Positions 46,054-56,608 of a DNA stretch of 64,000 nucleotides are shown here, one piece after another (position 1 is the first letter of the stretch; each line of letters begins with the position of its first letter). This DNA is from Candidatus Poseidoniales archaeon (GTDB lineage Archaea > Thermoplasmatota > Poseidoniia > Poseidoniales > Poseidoniaceae). The DNA is taken from assembly GCA_003602475.1 (NCBI GenBank), contig QQSC01000006.1, forward strand, positions 32,116 through 96,115, given 5' to 3'. Position numbers and translations under genes: made by a program. Under the pieces are notes generated by a model. That model was not told the DNA's origin, made no database searches, and saw only the letters and a list, made by a program, of their open reading frames with translations.

Positions 46054-47628
46054 ATGGCGTTACCAAGCGATTGGACCGAACGTCATCGACCCTCGAGCGA
46101 ACAAATGCTGGAGGGCAATGAAGTTCAACGGCGAACCATTCGGAATTGGTTGGACGAATGGGCCAACAACGCTCCCAAAAAGAAGGCCTTGCTCCTCATT
46201 GGTCCGCCCGGGGTAGGGAAAACAACCGTGGCCAGAGCAATCGCTGAAGACATGGGTTGGAACGTGATTGAACTGAACGCGAGCGACGCTCGCAACGCTG
46301 CTGCCATTCGAAAAGCTGCAACAAGTGGCGCAACGCATAGGTCGTTGTTCCATGACCCGACAGCACCTCCATCACGGACGCTCATTCTTCTTGATGAGGT
46401 CGACCACCTCTCCGGGGGATTGAGAGCCGTCAATCAGGACCGAATCAGCAAGGCGATGACCAACGACGGTGCAACCGACCCGCGGGTTGCCCTTCGCGGC
46501 GACTCCGGAGGGAAGGCGGAATTGCTCAGTTTGCTTGAGCAAACCAAGCAGCCTGTTGTTCTGGCATGCAACGATGAAATGGGCCTCTGGGGCAAAAACT
46601 CCTCCTGGCGCAACGCCCGTGACCGATTTTCACGCCATTTGGTGAGGATCAATTTTGTTCGAGCGACCGATGAAGCACTGAGAAGAATCGCCCGACGTGT
46701 CCTCCGAGAAGAGGGCATTGACTTCGAAGACGACGCCATCGATGCCTTGACAGCCACAAACCACGGCGACCTGAGGGCTCTTGTTCGTGACCTCCAAGTC
46801 ATGACATCCGATCTCAATGGTGCACGCCTTACAGCCGACATTGTCCAAAGGCAGGCAGAAGCCGGGGCAAGAGACGTCGCCGTGGAAATCTTTCCCGGGC
46901 TTGACCGTCTCTACAAAGCAAGCAACAGCACGGAGGCTGTCGCCATTACACGAACCATCGATAAGGACCCGTCTGAGTTCCTCAATTGGATTCACTGGAA
47001 CAACCCTTCCTTGTTTGAGGACAAAACAAGCGTTCGAAGAAGCACAAAGGCCCTCACCCAAGCAGACCGGATGATGATGGGACGTTACCTCAACACGGCT
47101 CACCGGTCCTCCTATTGGACCCACCACCTCACGGCCTTGGCGGCCTCTGTGGCCAACAGCAACACACCCAGAGGAAAATTGTGGCCATCGTATCCACAAT
47201 TCCTCAGGCGCAGTGGATCCTCTGTTCGGCCAAGCATCGTAAGCAAGTTGTCCATGGTGGCTGGCATGAGCAAAGCTGCAGTGAGGGATGAATTCCTGAC
47301 CCCACTGCAATTGATGCATCGGGAAGACGGTCCTCTCGGAGACCCCAATGATTTCCAGTTCTCCCTCGCCTTGGGTCTTGAAGCCGATGAACATGCTGCC
47401 CTGTGCGGATTGGCAAAAAGTCGACGCTCGACCAAGCAGATGATGAAGGCGTACGAGGAACGTCAAACTTTGCACCAGAGAGAGGAGGAAGCTCGACGAC
47501 AAAAGGAAGCATCGTGGACTCAAACCTCGACCTTCATAGCTGCAAAGGAAACCACTAATGCTCCCGATAACGAACCACTAGAGCATGATGGTGACGGACC
47601 ACAACCAGGCCAAACAACCTTGTTCTAA
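46054..47628 (+). CDS. rfcL: Replication factor C large subunit
   Basis: The sequence WTERHRPSS...LLLIGPPGVGKTTVARAIA...IELNASD...LDEVD is present. The start is set at the ATG giving MALPSDW. Confidence 0.85.
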   Translation: MALPSDWTERHRPSSEQMLEGNEVQRRTIRNWLDEWANNAPKKKALLLIGPPGVGKTTVARAIAEDMGWNVIELNASDARNAAAIRKAATSGATHRSLFHDPTAPPSRTLILLDEVDHLSGGLRAVNQDRISKAMTNDGATDPRVALRGDSGGKAELLSLLEQTKQPVVLACNDEMGLWGKNSSWRNARDRFSRHLVRINFVRATDEALRRIARRVLREEGIDFEDDAIDALTATNHGDLRALVRDLQVMTSDLNGARLTADIVQRQAEAGARDVAVEIFPGLDRLYKASNSTEAVAITRTIDKDPSEFLNWIHWNNPSLFEDKTSVRRSTKALTQADRMMMGRYLNTAHRSSYWTHHLTALAASVANSNTPRGKLWPSYPQFLRRSGSSVRPSIVSKLSMVAGMSKAAVRDEFLTPLQLMHREDGPLGDPNDFQFSLALGLEADEHAALCGLAKSRRSTKQMMKAYEERQTLHQREEEARRQKEASWTQTSTFIAAKETTNAPDNEPLEHDGDGPQPGQTTLF

Positions 47629-49235
47629 TCTTCGTTTTTCGTGAGTTGTTTGATGATGGAGTGGCCTTGACGGTCTGCAGAGGATTTGTCTCTGCGACGC
47701 CAACTGTTGGGGTGAAGGACGATGATGGCCGTCAACAATTCAAGACGGCCAAACCACATCAAAATGGATGTGAAAATCAGTGATCCTGGATTCATGCTGG
47801 CCCATGTTGAAGTTGGTCCGTATGTTCCAAGGGCTGGGCCTGTGTTGCCCAATCCCGAAGCGGCCACAGAAAAGATGGTTTCAAACGATTCAGACGGCAT
47901 CATGAGGGCCAATCCGATGCAGGACGCTACGAATAAAATGACCCAGATGAACAACATACCCACAACCAGACTGACCTGTTTCTGCTCCACAACTTCCTTG
48001 TTCATTCGAATCATGTGAATTTTTTTGGGCTGTGAAATCCGGGCGAGTTCTCGAAACGCCACCTTCAGACCGATTTGAATTCTCATAAGTTTCAATCCGC
48101 CGCTGGTAGAACCTGCACAAGCCCCGACGATCATCAGAACCAGAATAACAATGCGAGCAACCCCCGGCCATTGCCCGTAGTCAGCTGAGGCATACCCGGT
48201 CGAGGTTCCAATGGCAAGCACGTGGAAGAGGGTGTCAAGCAGAGCATTGTCCCAAGCCATGCCCGCAACAACCAGCGAGAGTGCAACAATGGCGACAGCC
48301 CCCAGAATATAGAGCAAATAGGCACGGAATTCTTCGTCCTTGAACACCGAACTCCAGTTGCCTGAACCAAACAGCCACATCAGGGTAAAATTCACACCAG
48401 CAAGGAACATGAACACGATAATGATGATTTCAACCACCGCTGAATCAAAATAAGCAATGCTTGCATCTCTTGTTGAAAAACCACCACTTGGCATGGTGGT
48501 GAAGGCGTGATTAACCGCATCGAAAACGGTCATGTTGCCGACGAATTTCAGCAACAGCATCTCAATGAACGTGAGGATGAAATAAAGGCCCCAGAGCGCC
48601 AACGCCGTTTGGCGAAGCTTGGGGCGAAGGCGGGACAGGGAAGGACCGGTCAACTCAGCTCTCGCAAGGGCCATTCCGCCGCCCATGATTCGGGACAAGA
48701 CGAGCATGCTCAACATCACAACCCCCATGCCACCCAGCCATTGGGTCAACGAGCGCCAAAGAAGAAGCCCTTTTGCTTGTGCGTTGATGCAGTCCACCGT
48801 GACTCCAGCAACACAATTTGGGCTGGTATCCGGGGCAATGACAGTTGCTCCAGTGGTGGTAAATCCGGACATGGATTCGAACCATGCGTTGACAAATCCA
48901 TCCCCAAAGTTTGAGAATTCGTTTCCAGTAAACGGCCCGTGAAACATGCCACCTGTCCAATACGGCAAGGCACCGATGAACACCACGATGGGCCAAATTA
49001 AGCCAACACCAACAAACGCTTCGTGGTCCCGCAACCGATCTGCGGAATCTGTCCGTGTGAGTACCGTCAGCATCAACACTCCCAAACCACCACTTACAAG
49101 GGTGGCTGGTCCGAAGGCTCGGATGGCCGTCGTGGTGTCATCCAAGAAGAACGTGAGCCCAAACAACAACAACAGCGGCATGGTTAACGCCAGAAGTGTC
49201 CATCCCCAAATGAGGTAAAGGACGTCCCATCTCAT
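47625..49235 (-). CDS. trkH: Trk-type K+ uptake membrane subunit TrkH
   Basis: It is polytopic with repeated pore-loop contexts (TTTGATV, GTSTGYA, SGLGNTGPA). Its start ATG overlaps the trkA stop (ATGA). Confidence 0.88.
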   Translation of the reverse strand: MRWDVLYLIWGWTLLALTMPLLLLFGLTFFLDDTTTAIRAFGPATLVSGGLGVLMLTVLTRTDSADRLRDHEAFVGVGLIWPIVVFIGALPYWTGGMFHGPFTGNEFSNFGDGFVNAWFESMSGFTTTGATVIAPDTSPNCVAGVTVDCINAQAKGLLLWRSLTQWLGGMGVVMLSMLVLSRIMGGGMALARAELTGPSLSRLRPKLRQTALALWGLYFILTFIEMLLLKFVGNMTVFDAVNHAFTTMPSGGFSTRDASIAYFDSAVVEIIIIVFMFLAGVNFTLMWLFGSGNWSSVFKDEEFRAYLLYILGAVAIVALSLVVAGMAWDNALLDTLFHVLAIGTSTGYASADYGQWPGVARIVILVLMIVGACAGSTSGGLKLMRIQIGLKVAFRELARISQPKKIHMIRMNKEVVEQKQVSLVVGMLFIWVILFVASCIGLALMMPSESFETIFSVAASGLGNTGPALGTYGPTSTWASMNPGSLIFTSILMWFGRLELLTAIIVLHPNSWRRRDKSSADRQGHSIIKQLTKNED

Positions 49236-50659
49236 GATGCCACCTTGAACAGTTTCTTTGCCTCTTTTATTCGTTCGAGAGGACAAAACAGAACGATTTG
49301 GTCGCCTTCATTGACCAAACTATCTGGTTTAGGTTCAAGAGTTGACCATTTGCCATCCAAACCCATCCGCTTGATGAAGGCAATGCAGAACGATGAGGAA
49401 ATCTCAACATCACCCAAGAGTTGTCCAGCAAGGTCAACCTTCTCAGTGATTTCAAAGGTTAACCCGACAATGTTCGGAATCTCAGCTAAAATTGAAAATT
49501 GACCTGACATGCTTTGATGAACGTGTGTCAAAATGTTGTCAATGGCCACGCGTTGGCGATCCACTGCAAATGAAATGCCCATTCTCTGCGTGACCTTCAC
49601 CAAGTCCGCATCCGTTAACATGAGGCCCGTGTGTGGTACACCCAAGTCACTGGCTTGGAGGACAGCTGCAATGTTGGCATGGTCGTTTTCAAGGGCGCTG
49701 ACAGCCACATCAAATTCTTCAATTCCAATCTCAGACAACAGAGAACGGTCCAAATGATCGCCGTGAATGACGTCGAGCTTTGGGTGAGCACCGGTCACGG
49801 AACCAGCCAGTTCATTGGCCAATTGCAGGTCCCGTTCAATGACCGATACTGTGGCGCCATCCCCCAGCCATTCTTCGGCCATCTTGCGACCGATGTTGCT
49901 CGCTCCAAACACAACCACTTTTGGATTGGCTGGAAATTGTTTGATCTCATGACCCAATGAGATGAGAGCGGGGTTGAAATTCTCGAGACCAATAATGGCC
50001 ACAGCGACCTTATCTCCCACGTTAAGAACAGATTCATCGGTTGGCACGTAGGTCCTCCCTGTGTTGGGGTTCACGCCCACGATGTTTGGAAAACCATGGA
50101 TGAAGTCTCGCCGAACTTCTCCAAGCGGACGCCCTACCGAATAGGCAGCAGATGGTCCAATGCCCACTTCAACGATGTATGCATCGTGATCAAAGGACAC
50201 AACTTCAGCAATCCCCGATGAACGTAGTCCGGCGTTAAGACGTTGAATGGCACCCCGAAGCGGATTCACCACATGGTCAATTTTCGCCCAGGCCGTGAGG
50301 TGGCCTTGGCGGTATTCGTCAATGTAGTTGGACGAGCGCAAACGACATACCGTCACGAGCGGTTTCTTGGGTTCCGCTCCTTCGTTGGCATGCTCAGCTA
50401 TGGCGCAGGCAATCATGTTCGTCTCGTCGGAAGGCGTTGCTGCAATGAAGACTTTGGCACTTTTCACGCCTGCTTTGACCAAGGTTTCACGGTCGGTTAA
50501 ATTACCGTAGATGACCAAAGCATCCAGAGCTTGCGCTCGTGAGACGGCTCTTGGGTCGTTGTCTACAATCACAATGTCGTACTGTTCGTTGGCCAATGCC
50601 TGAGCCAACGCATACCCGACTCGACCGGCACCGCCAATGATCACGCGCATGTTCGCCAC
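49232..50659 (-). CDS. trkA: Trk system NAD-binding subunit TrkA (tandem RCK)
   Basis: It has two Rossmann motifs, VIIGGAGRVG and VVVFGASNIG, each followed by an RCK_C-like segment. It is 475 aa. Confidence 0.88.
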   Translation of the reverse strand: MANMRVIIGGAGRVGYALAQALANEQYDIVIVDNDPRAVSRAQALDALVIYGNLTDRETLVKAGVKSAKVFIAATPSDETNMIACAIAEHANEGAEPKKPLVTVCRLRSSNYIDEYRQGHLTAWAKIDHVVNPLRGAIQRLNAGLRSSGIAEVVSFDHDAYIVEVGIGPSAAYSVGRPLGEVRRDFIHGFPNIVGVNPNTGRTYVPTDESVLNVGDKVAVAIIGLENFNPALISLGHEIKQFPANPKVVVFGASNIGRKMAEEWLGDGATVSVIERDLQLANELAGSVTGAHPKLDVIHGDHLDRSLLSEIGIEEFDVAVSALENDHANIAAVLQASDLGVPHTGLMLTDADLVKVTQRMGISFAVDRQRVAIDNILTHVHQSMSGQFSILAEIPNIVGLTFEITEKVDLAGQLLGDVEISSSFCIAFIKRMGLDGKWSTLEPKPDSLVNEGDQIVLFCPLERIKEAKKLFKVAS

Positions 50660-50660
50660 C

Positions 50661-52250
50661 TCAGCCCAGGGATTCTGGATAGATTTTCACTTGATATGAA
50701 CCACCGGAGAGGTCAATGTCCCCTAATGTCGAGTAACTGCGTTCTCTGTCCATGTTGCCGCCCGCTGAAAGATGGACCGTTCGAACTGGATGGTAGTAAT
50801 CGTACACGTTGTCGTTGTTCGATGTTGTGGTTTCGACCCAGTCGATGTAAGCGGTCGGTGTGGAAAGCAACCACTTGTTGTTCACCACGTCGACTTGAGG
50901 TTCAACAAAACACGAGGAGAGGGCAATGTTTCGTTCCTCACACCAATCGCTGCTCAAGGGGAGTTGAATGTAACCCCAAGCGTGCGCTTCCCATCCGTCG
51001 TCAGAAAAGTATGGATCGCCCAAAATACCAAACGCATACCAACCAGGAACACCACGGGTTCGGAGCAGACTGAAGAAGGCGTTTGTTTGGTCGTCACAAT
51101 CGCCCAGGCCTCCAGCTATGCATTCAGGACCTGAGCGAGATGTTACGGGCGCTTCACGGTCGTACACGACGTTGGCGTGAAGGAAATCAAAAGAAGCACG
51201 GGCGAATCCATAAGCGTTTTCAGATTCACCTTCGGGTAAACTTGAGGCAATCGTTTCTGCGGTGCTTACGGTGACTGCATCCTGACCGTTGATGGCCCAA
51301 TATGGGCTGAAACTGGTGCCCCTGTTGTACCAAAGTTCGTCGCCGAATTGAGCAGCTCGCAAGCCATTTCCACGGTCGTTGAGGTCTTCAAACGTGCCCG
51401 AATTGTCCATGTTGATGCCGGTGGATTTTCCATCAATTCGCGCATCGACCCTGTTGCTGTCCCACCACGAATAAGAGATGGATTGAACCTGGATGTTGAA
51501 GGAATACGCAACGGATTCGCCAGCATCAAGATTCACCTTGACCTTGACACAGGCCGCAATGGGACAATCGTTGTCTCCGTTGCCAACACCAGGCCACCAA
51601 ACTTCGTGGCCATCAGAGGTGGTGATGCGGTCGTTGTGTTCTCTTGATGGAAGGCCGTCAAGAGGAATGTTGATGCTTTGGCCGTCAACAACAAGAGAAA
51701 TTTGCAGTGTTTGTTGCAGAGTAGTGGGTTCAATCGCGTCGGTATCGTCCGTGTAAGAAAAGGTGGTGACCCCGGGCAGATTGGACTGGAGTGTGGGTGG
51801 AATCAGAATGTTCTCCACAAGATAGCCTGCAACACCGGTGTTGTCAACCGTAGCCGTTTTCGAAAGGGTGTAGGAAGCTTCCACGGGATAGATGTGGTAT
51901 TGGGCGGTAGCGGATTGGAGGATCTCATCAAAACTACCGAATTCGCCAAGGAGATGCTCTTGGGCCTGTGGAGACAACAAAATGAAAGCGGTGAGTCCGA
52001 GCATGGCAAAGCTGCGGAAGCGATTCTTACGGCGGCGCATGATGTTTGTCTTTCGCCCGGTATGGGTTTGGACGACGCCTCGCTGAGAGGGCTTGGAGGC
52101 CATTTTGTGTGTTTTGCTCTTGCTCCCTTTGCTGAATTGTTGTTCCAAGCGGTAACTCTTCCTATCACCCTTTGGGAGAACACGACCGCAGGAATAGCAA
52201 ATCGTGTCGGAAGGCAGCGTGGTGCTGCGGCAATAAGGGCAAGCACCCAT
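50661..52250 (-). CDS. Transglutaminase-like (Cys protease fold) membrane-anchored protein with N-terminal zinc ribbon
   Basis: The N-terminus has the ribbon CPYC...CYSCG. One TM follows (FAMLGLTAFILLS). The core reads GLGDCDDQTNAFFSLLRTRGVPGWYAFG...WEAHAWGYI. Its stop lies 1 nt before the trkA start. Confidence 0.75.
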   Translation of the reverse strand: MGACPYCRSTTLPSDTICYSCGRVLPKGDRKSYRLEQQFSKGSKSKTHKMASKPSQRGVVQTHTGRKTNIMRRRKNRFRSFAMLGLTAFILLSPQAQEHLLGEFGSFDEILQSATAQYHIYPVEASYTLSKTATVDNTGVAGYLVENILIPPTLQSNLPGVTTFSYTDDTDAIEPTTLQQTLQISLVVDGQSINIPLDGLPSREHNDRITTSDGHEVWWPGVGNGDNDCPIAACVKVKVNLDAGESVAYSFNIQVQSISYSWWDSNRVDARIDGKSTGINMDNSGTFEDLNDRGNGLRAAQFGDELWYNRGTSFSPYWAINGQDAVTVSTAETIASSLPEGESENAYGFARASFDFLHANVVYDREAPVTSRSGPECIAGGLGDCDDQTNAFFSLLRTRGVPGWYAFGILGDPYFSDDGWEAHAWGYIQLPLSSDWCEERNIALSSCFVEPQVDVVNNKWLLSTPTAYIDWVETTTSNNDNVYDYYHPVRTVHLSAGGNMDRERSYSTLGDIDLSGGSYQVKIYPESLG

Positions 52251-52367
52251 GCTGACAGGCTTGGCCGACGCCGTATAACCATTGCTCTGAACGTATCGGT
52301 CGGAAGGAATAAATCGGATGCGGACGCCAAAACTTACCGATTAAGGCTACTTGCAACAAGTAAGACG

Positions 52368-53159
52368 TTATTCACTTTCGTGAATATGAACAACGCTGGC
52401 TCCCGCCTCTTCTTGACTTCCGCTGCGTTCGCGTTCCCGAGCCTCTTCAGCCCAAATACGACGCAGACGACGACGACCTTCTTTCGGAACGGATTCCCAA
52501 ATCCAAGCATCAGCGGACGGGTTGCTCAACAGGACAAACGGGAGAATAAAGACCCAGCCAAGCGGCTGGAACACGACGAAGTAGACAGCTACGAGCAAGG
52601 CTGCACGCCAAAACGTCGATCGCAAAACAGCGCCCCATCGTTTGTCATGCAGCATCATGAAACCGTGACGAGCGGTGATGATGGCATCGGCACGAGGAAC
52701 CACCAAAGCAAACATGATGGCGTTGCTCAACGAAAACAGGGTGACGCCGCCTGCAATTTCGAACGTCCGATAGATGACAACCATGGCCACCATGCCACCA
52801 ATGGCCAGCCCCAAGGCCCAACCGCTTGCAGGTTGGGAACCCCCTCTTCGAACACGTTTCCTTCGCAACAGCAGATGGCTTCCAACCGAAGCGACCAACG
52901 TGATCAAAATTAACGAGATGATGTTCAAACCTGCGTACACTTCATCGTCTGAAGCCGTCTTGAAGTACGGGACAAAAAGACCGTTATCAGCGGACATCGC
53001 ATAGAATCCACCGAGAAGAATGCCCCAAAAAACCTGATTCCATGCCGTCGGGAGGTCGTAAAAACCGGCGTACTTGGTCATGACACCACGCCAACCGAGC
53101 GTCATGCCCACCAACGCAAAGAAACTCGAGAGCTGAAACAGCACGAGTTCCGATACCAT
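52368..53159 (-). CDS. Hypothetical polytopic membrane protein
   Basis: It has about 6-7 hydrophobic segments and a basic/acidic C-terminal tail. I recognise no family. Confidence 0.45.
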   Translation of the reverse strand: MVSELVLFQLSSFFALVGMTLGWRGVMTKYAGFYDLPTAWNQVFWGILLGGFYAMSADNGLFVPYFKTASDDEVYAGLNIISLILITLVASVGSHLLLRRKRVRRGGSQPASGWALGLAIGGMVAMVVIYRTFEIAGGVTLFSLSNAIMFALVVPRADAIITARHGFMMLHDKRWGAVLRSTFWRAALLVAVYFVVFQPLGWVFILPFVLLSNPSADAWIWESVPKEGRRRLRRIWAEEARERERSGSQEEAGASVVHIHESE

Positions 53160-53248
53160 GGTTCTCGGTCGGACACCCCCCTCATGAAACCCTTGGCTTC
53201 AACATGACGAGGGGTGGGATTCAAACACCCCAGCCACCACGTCGGGCT

Positions 53249-54514
53249 ATGTCACGGTTGCTGTTGTTCGGTGGAAAGGGCGGTGTTGGAAAGACCACCA
53301 CCTCTTCGGCTACAGCGGTCTGGCTGGCCGACAGTGGACTCCGTGTGTTGTTGGTCTCAAGTGACCCGGCCCACTCAACCTCCGACTCCTTGGATGTAAC
53401 CCTCGGTTCAGTTCCAACACCGGTGGAAGGTGTTCCGGGCCTGTTTGGCTTGGAAATGGATCCTGAAGCCAAACTTTCCAACCTGCTGCCAAAAGTGGGC
53501 GATGCCATGAACAACATGAGTGGCGGAAAAGGTGGATTTGGCGGCATGGGCGGTTTGGGCATGATGCTCGATTCGAACGCAAAGCAAGAATTTGAGGACA
53601 TGAAATCCGATGTTAAAACCGCCGATATGATCCTTCCTGGCCTGGACGAGGCGTTGGCGTTTGATGAACTGCTAAAGCACATGGAAAATCCAACCTGGGA
53701 TGTTGTCGTGTTTGACACGGCCCCCACCGGGCACACTCTGAGGTTCCTTTCTTTGCCCGAGTTGATCGAAGCGTGGTCAGGAAGGCTGCTCCGATTGATG
53801 CGAGTGAGCGGGGGCATCCGTTCAATGCTGTTCGGGCGAAAAGAAAGCGATGCGATGAAGGAGGAACTTGAGCGATTTCGTCGCCGGGTGCTTCACGTTC
53901 GTCGCGTCCTCAGTGACCAGGCCACGACTTCCTTCACACTGGTGACCATTCCCGAACGAATGGGCATCAACGAAACCCTTCGCGCGCATGAATCGCTGGT
54001 CGAGTACGGATTGCCGATCGGAGGATGCCTTGTAAATCGGTTAACGCCGGTCTTTGAGCACCCGTTCCTGTCCAATCGACGCCAGCAAGAAATGGAACGA
54101 ATCGCTGAATTGGAAGAATCCTTGGACGGCGTTAATGTCGCCTCGCTTGAACTTGCAGAACAGGAAATTGTCGGTGTGGCAGCACTTCGGGAAACTGGAA
54201 GGATCCTTTACGGCGAACCCACACCACTCCCGGATACCATCGGGCCCCATGAAATCGGCAAGGTGCTCTTCCACGACCTCCACAGAGGCATGGTGGCCGA
54301 TGTTGAAGACGACGTTGAGAAGGTCCAACTGCACTTCCCCGGATTGCAACGGGAGGACCTTTCTCTACGAAGCGAAGAAGGCGTTCTGTTTGTGGGCGTC
54401 AATGGGCGTGAACAAGCCGTTCCCACCCAAACCCACGTCAAATCCAGTCAAGTCAAAGCTTCACTTGACAACGACGTTCTGACGCTCACCATTCCCCGCA
54501 GCACCAAAGACTGA
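53249..54514 (+). CDS. ArsA/Get3-family ATPase with C-terminal HSP20 (alpha-crystallin)-like domain
   Basis: It has the deviant P-loop GGKGGVGKTT, then SSDPAHSTSDSL and DTAPTGHTLR. The C-terminal ~70 aa read VQLHFPGLQREDLSLRSEEGVLFVGV...ASLDNDVLTLTIPR, which is alpha-crystallin-like. Confidence 0.82.
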   Translation: MSRLLLFGGKGGVGKTTTSSATAVWLADSGLRVLLVSSDPAHSTSDSLDVTLGSVPTPVEGVPGLFGLEMDPEAKLSNLLPKVGDAMNNMSGGKGGFGGMGGLGMMLDSNAKQEFEDMKSDVKTADMILPGLDEALAFDELLKHMENPTWDVVVFDTAPTGHTLRFLSLPELIEAWSGRLLRLMRVSGGIRSMLFGRKESDAMKEELERFRRRVLHVRRVLSDQATTSFTLVTIPERMGINETLRAHESLVEYGLPIGGCLVNRLTPVFEHPFLSNRRQQEMERIAELEESLDGVNVASLELAEQEIVGVAALRETGRILYGEPTPLPDTIGPHEIGKVLFHDLHRGMVADVEDDVEKVQLHFPGLQREDLSLRSEEGVLFVGVNGREQAVPTQTHVKSSQVKASLDNDVLTLTIPRSTKD

Positions 54515-54555
54515 ACCAGCCATGAATTGAAATGGTGGCGGCCACAGGCCTCATC

Positions 54556-55926
54556 ATGGCGCTCGAAGGCCTCTCCCGCGGCATTTTTCGTTCCCTGGGC
54601 TTGCTCAAAAGCAAGAGCAAACTCGACGAAGAAGAACTTCGTGAGATGACCCGAAGCCTTCGCAGAGCTCTGCAAGAAGCGGATTTTAACATCCGACAAA
54701 CGAAGGAAATTGTGGACAGGATGGAATCGCGTCTCAAAGAGGACGAACGACGGCCGGGATTGACCGTACAAACACAAGCGATGAACATCCTCTACACCGA
54801 ATTGGTTCGCATTCTCGGCCCAGCGGCTGAGTTCCAACCTCGAGGCGCTACCCTTCTCTTGGTGGGACTGTACGGGCAGGGAAAAACGACCACCACCGCC
54901 AAGTTGGCCGAGTGGTACAGGCGAAAACACAGCCTTCGCGTGGCGGTGATTGAGGCCGACGTCCATCGTCCTGGCGCCTACGCCCAACTCTCTCAACTCC
55001 TTGAGGACACGACCGTCCAAGTCTACGGTGAGCCGGACGAAAAAGACGCCGTGACCATCGTTCGAAACGGACTCAAGGCTTGTGCCTCAGCGGATCTGGT
55101 CATCATCGACACGGCCGGGCGACACCAATTGGACGATGAACTTGTGAAGGAACTGGAACACATAGCTGCCCTCACAAGAGCCACCGACCGCTGGCTCGTC
55201 ATCGACGCCCAGGTTGGTCAAGCTGCCGGACCAGTAGCTGCTTCGTTTCACAATTTGGCCGGCGTCACTGGCATTGTCATCACGAAACTTGACGGTACCG
55301 CCAGAGGAGGCGGAGCACTTTCGGCTGTTGCTGCCACAGGAGCCCCCATCGTTCACATTGGTGTGGGTGAGCGCGTGCAGGATTTGGAAAAGTTTGAATC
55401 CGACAGGTTCATTTCGCGATTGCTTGGAATGGGCGACATCCAGGGTCTCATTGACCTCGCACCTGAAGATCTCGATCAGGAAGAAGCCATGCGTCTCACC
55501 CAGAGGTTGATGAGCGGAAGGTTCACACTCAACGACATGTACAAGCAAATGGAAATGATGTCCAAAGTGGGGACCATTGACAAACTCATTTCATTCCTTC
55601 CCGGTAGCATGCTGGGTGGCATGGGTGCCATGTCAAAGTCGCAAAAGGAAGCCATGCAGGCCAACCTTGACCGCTACCGAACCATCATGGATTCAATGAC
55701 CGGCTGGGAAAAGAACGAACCTGCAAAAATCAAGGTTGATCGGATACGACGAATCGCTCGTGGGTCAGGCGTTCGAGAAAAAGATGTGAGAGAACTCATC
55801 GGTCAATGGAACCGCTCCCGCAAGATGATGAAGGGCATGGGCGGCAACCGCAAGCTCAACAAGCAAATGCGGAAGATGATGAAAGACGGCGACATGGACG
55901 TTGACCCTTCATCCTTCGGCATGTAA
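54556..55926 (+). CDS. srp54: Signal recognition particle protein SRP54
   Basis: The G domain has [20 protein letters not shown] and [14 protein letters not shown]. The C-terminal M domain is Met-rich. GTG 54532 is an alternative start. Confidence 0.93.
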   Translation: MALEGLSRGIFRSLGLLKSKSKLDEEELREMTRSLRRALQEADFNIRQTKEIVDRMESRLKEDERRPGLTVQTQAMNILYTELVRILGPAAEFQPRGATLLLVGLYGQGKTTTTAKLAEWYRRKHSLRVAVIEADVHRPGAYAQLSQLLEDTTVQVYGEPDEKDAVTIVRNGLKACASADLVIIDTAGRHQLDDELVKELEHIAALTRATDRWLVIDAQVGQAAGPVAASFHNLAGVTGIVITKLDGTARGGGALSAVAATGAPIVHIGVGERVQDLEKFESDRFISRLLGMGDIQGLIDLAPEDLDQEEAMRLTQRLMSGRFTLNDMYKQMEMMSKVGTIDKLISFLPGSMLGGMGAMSKSQKEAMQANLDRYRTIMDSMTGWEKNEPAKIKVDRIRRIARGSGVREKDVRELIGQWNRSRKMMKGMGGNRKLNKQMRKMMKDGDMDVDPSSFGM

Positions 55927-56106
55927 ATGGCCGAGGAGTGATGATTCTCCATCGGCGATTGCCGACGTCTTTGAACGACCAATAACCGACAGTTCTGGTT
56001 CAGAACCGGTGCGTAGCCTCTTCCTCATCATCAAGCCATTCACCCTAGGCAAGTCCCCCAAGGGCTCAACTCGGGGATGCCTGCTGGTGTTGGTGGTGCC
56101 TCGCAG

Positions 56107-56490
56107 TCAGGTCCGATTCTTCCAAAACTCAAGCAGAACATGCGCATGATTTGGTTCCTTTTTGGCAGCCGTAAGAAGAACAACGTCATCGTGCTTCAAC
56201 ACCTCCCACCCATCGTTGTCCACGGATGACAATTCAAGCATGTACGCCGTTCGAAATTCGTCCCATACCATACCATCGTGGTACGCTTTCCGCAATTCAG
56301 TGCTTGGTGTGAGCCATTTGGCCCAATCGTCAAGTTCTGCGGAATCCTTTCCGACCCCTCGGGGCCACAAACGGTCCACCAAGACCCGAAAGCCTCCGCT
56401 TGGTGGTAGGTAAATCCGCTGCACCTTCACGGCTTTTGGACAACGAATTGTTTTATAATTCAATGGATGCTTGTCGTCAAGAAGCAACAT
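56107..56490 (-). CDS. DUF488 (YeaO-like) protein
   Basis: The sequence VQRIYLPPSGGFRVLVDRLWPRGVGKDSAELDDWAKWLTPSTELRKAY is present. The start is set at an internal ATG because the longer ORF would overlap the divergent gene. Confidence 0.72.
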   Translation of the reverse strand: MLLLDDKHPLNYKTIRCPKAVKVQRIYLPPSGGFRVLVDRLWPRGVGKDSAELDDWAKWLTPSTELRKAYHDGMVWDEFRTAYMLELSSVDNDGWEVLKHDDVVLLTAAKKEPNHAHVLLEFWKNRT

Positions 56491-56577
56491 CTCGTCGACA
56501 AACAACGGCTTGGTTGTCAAGAAGGGAGGTTGAAGTGATCTTGTCCACGATGGCTTGGGATTGAATCCAAGGGAATG

Positions 56578-56585
56578 ATTTTTAT
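56578..56585 (+). promoter_or_regulatory. Candidate TATA box for the PhoX-like gene (leaderless-type spacing)
   Basis: ATTTTTAT is centred about 27 nt upstream of the ATG at 56609, followed by an A-run. This rests on position and composition only. Confidence 0.3.
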
Positions 56586-56608
56586 GCGTTTCATGCCAAA
56601 AAAAAATC

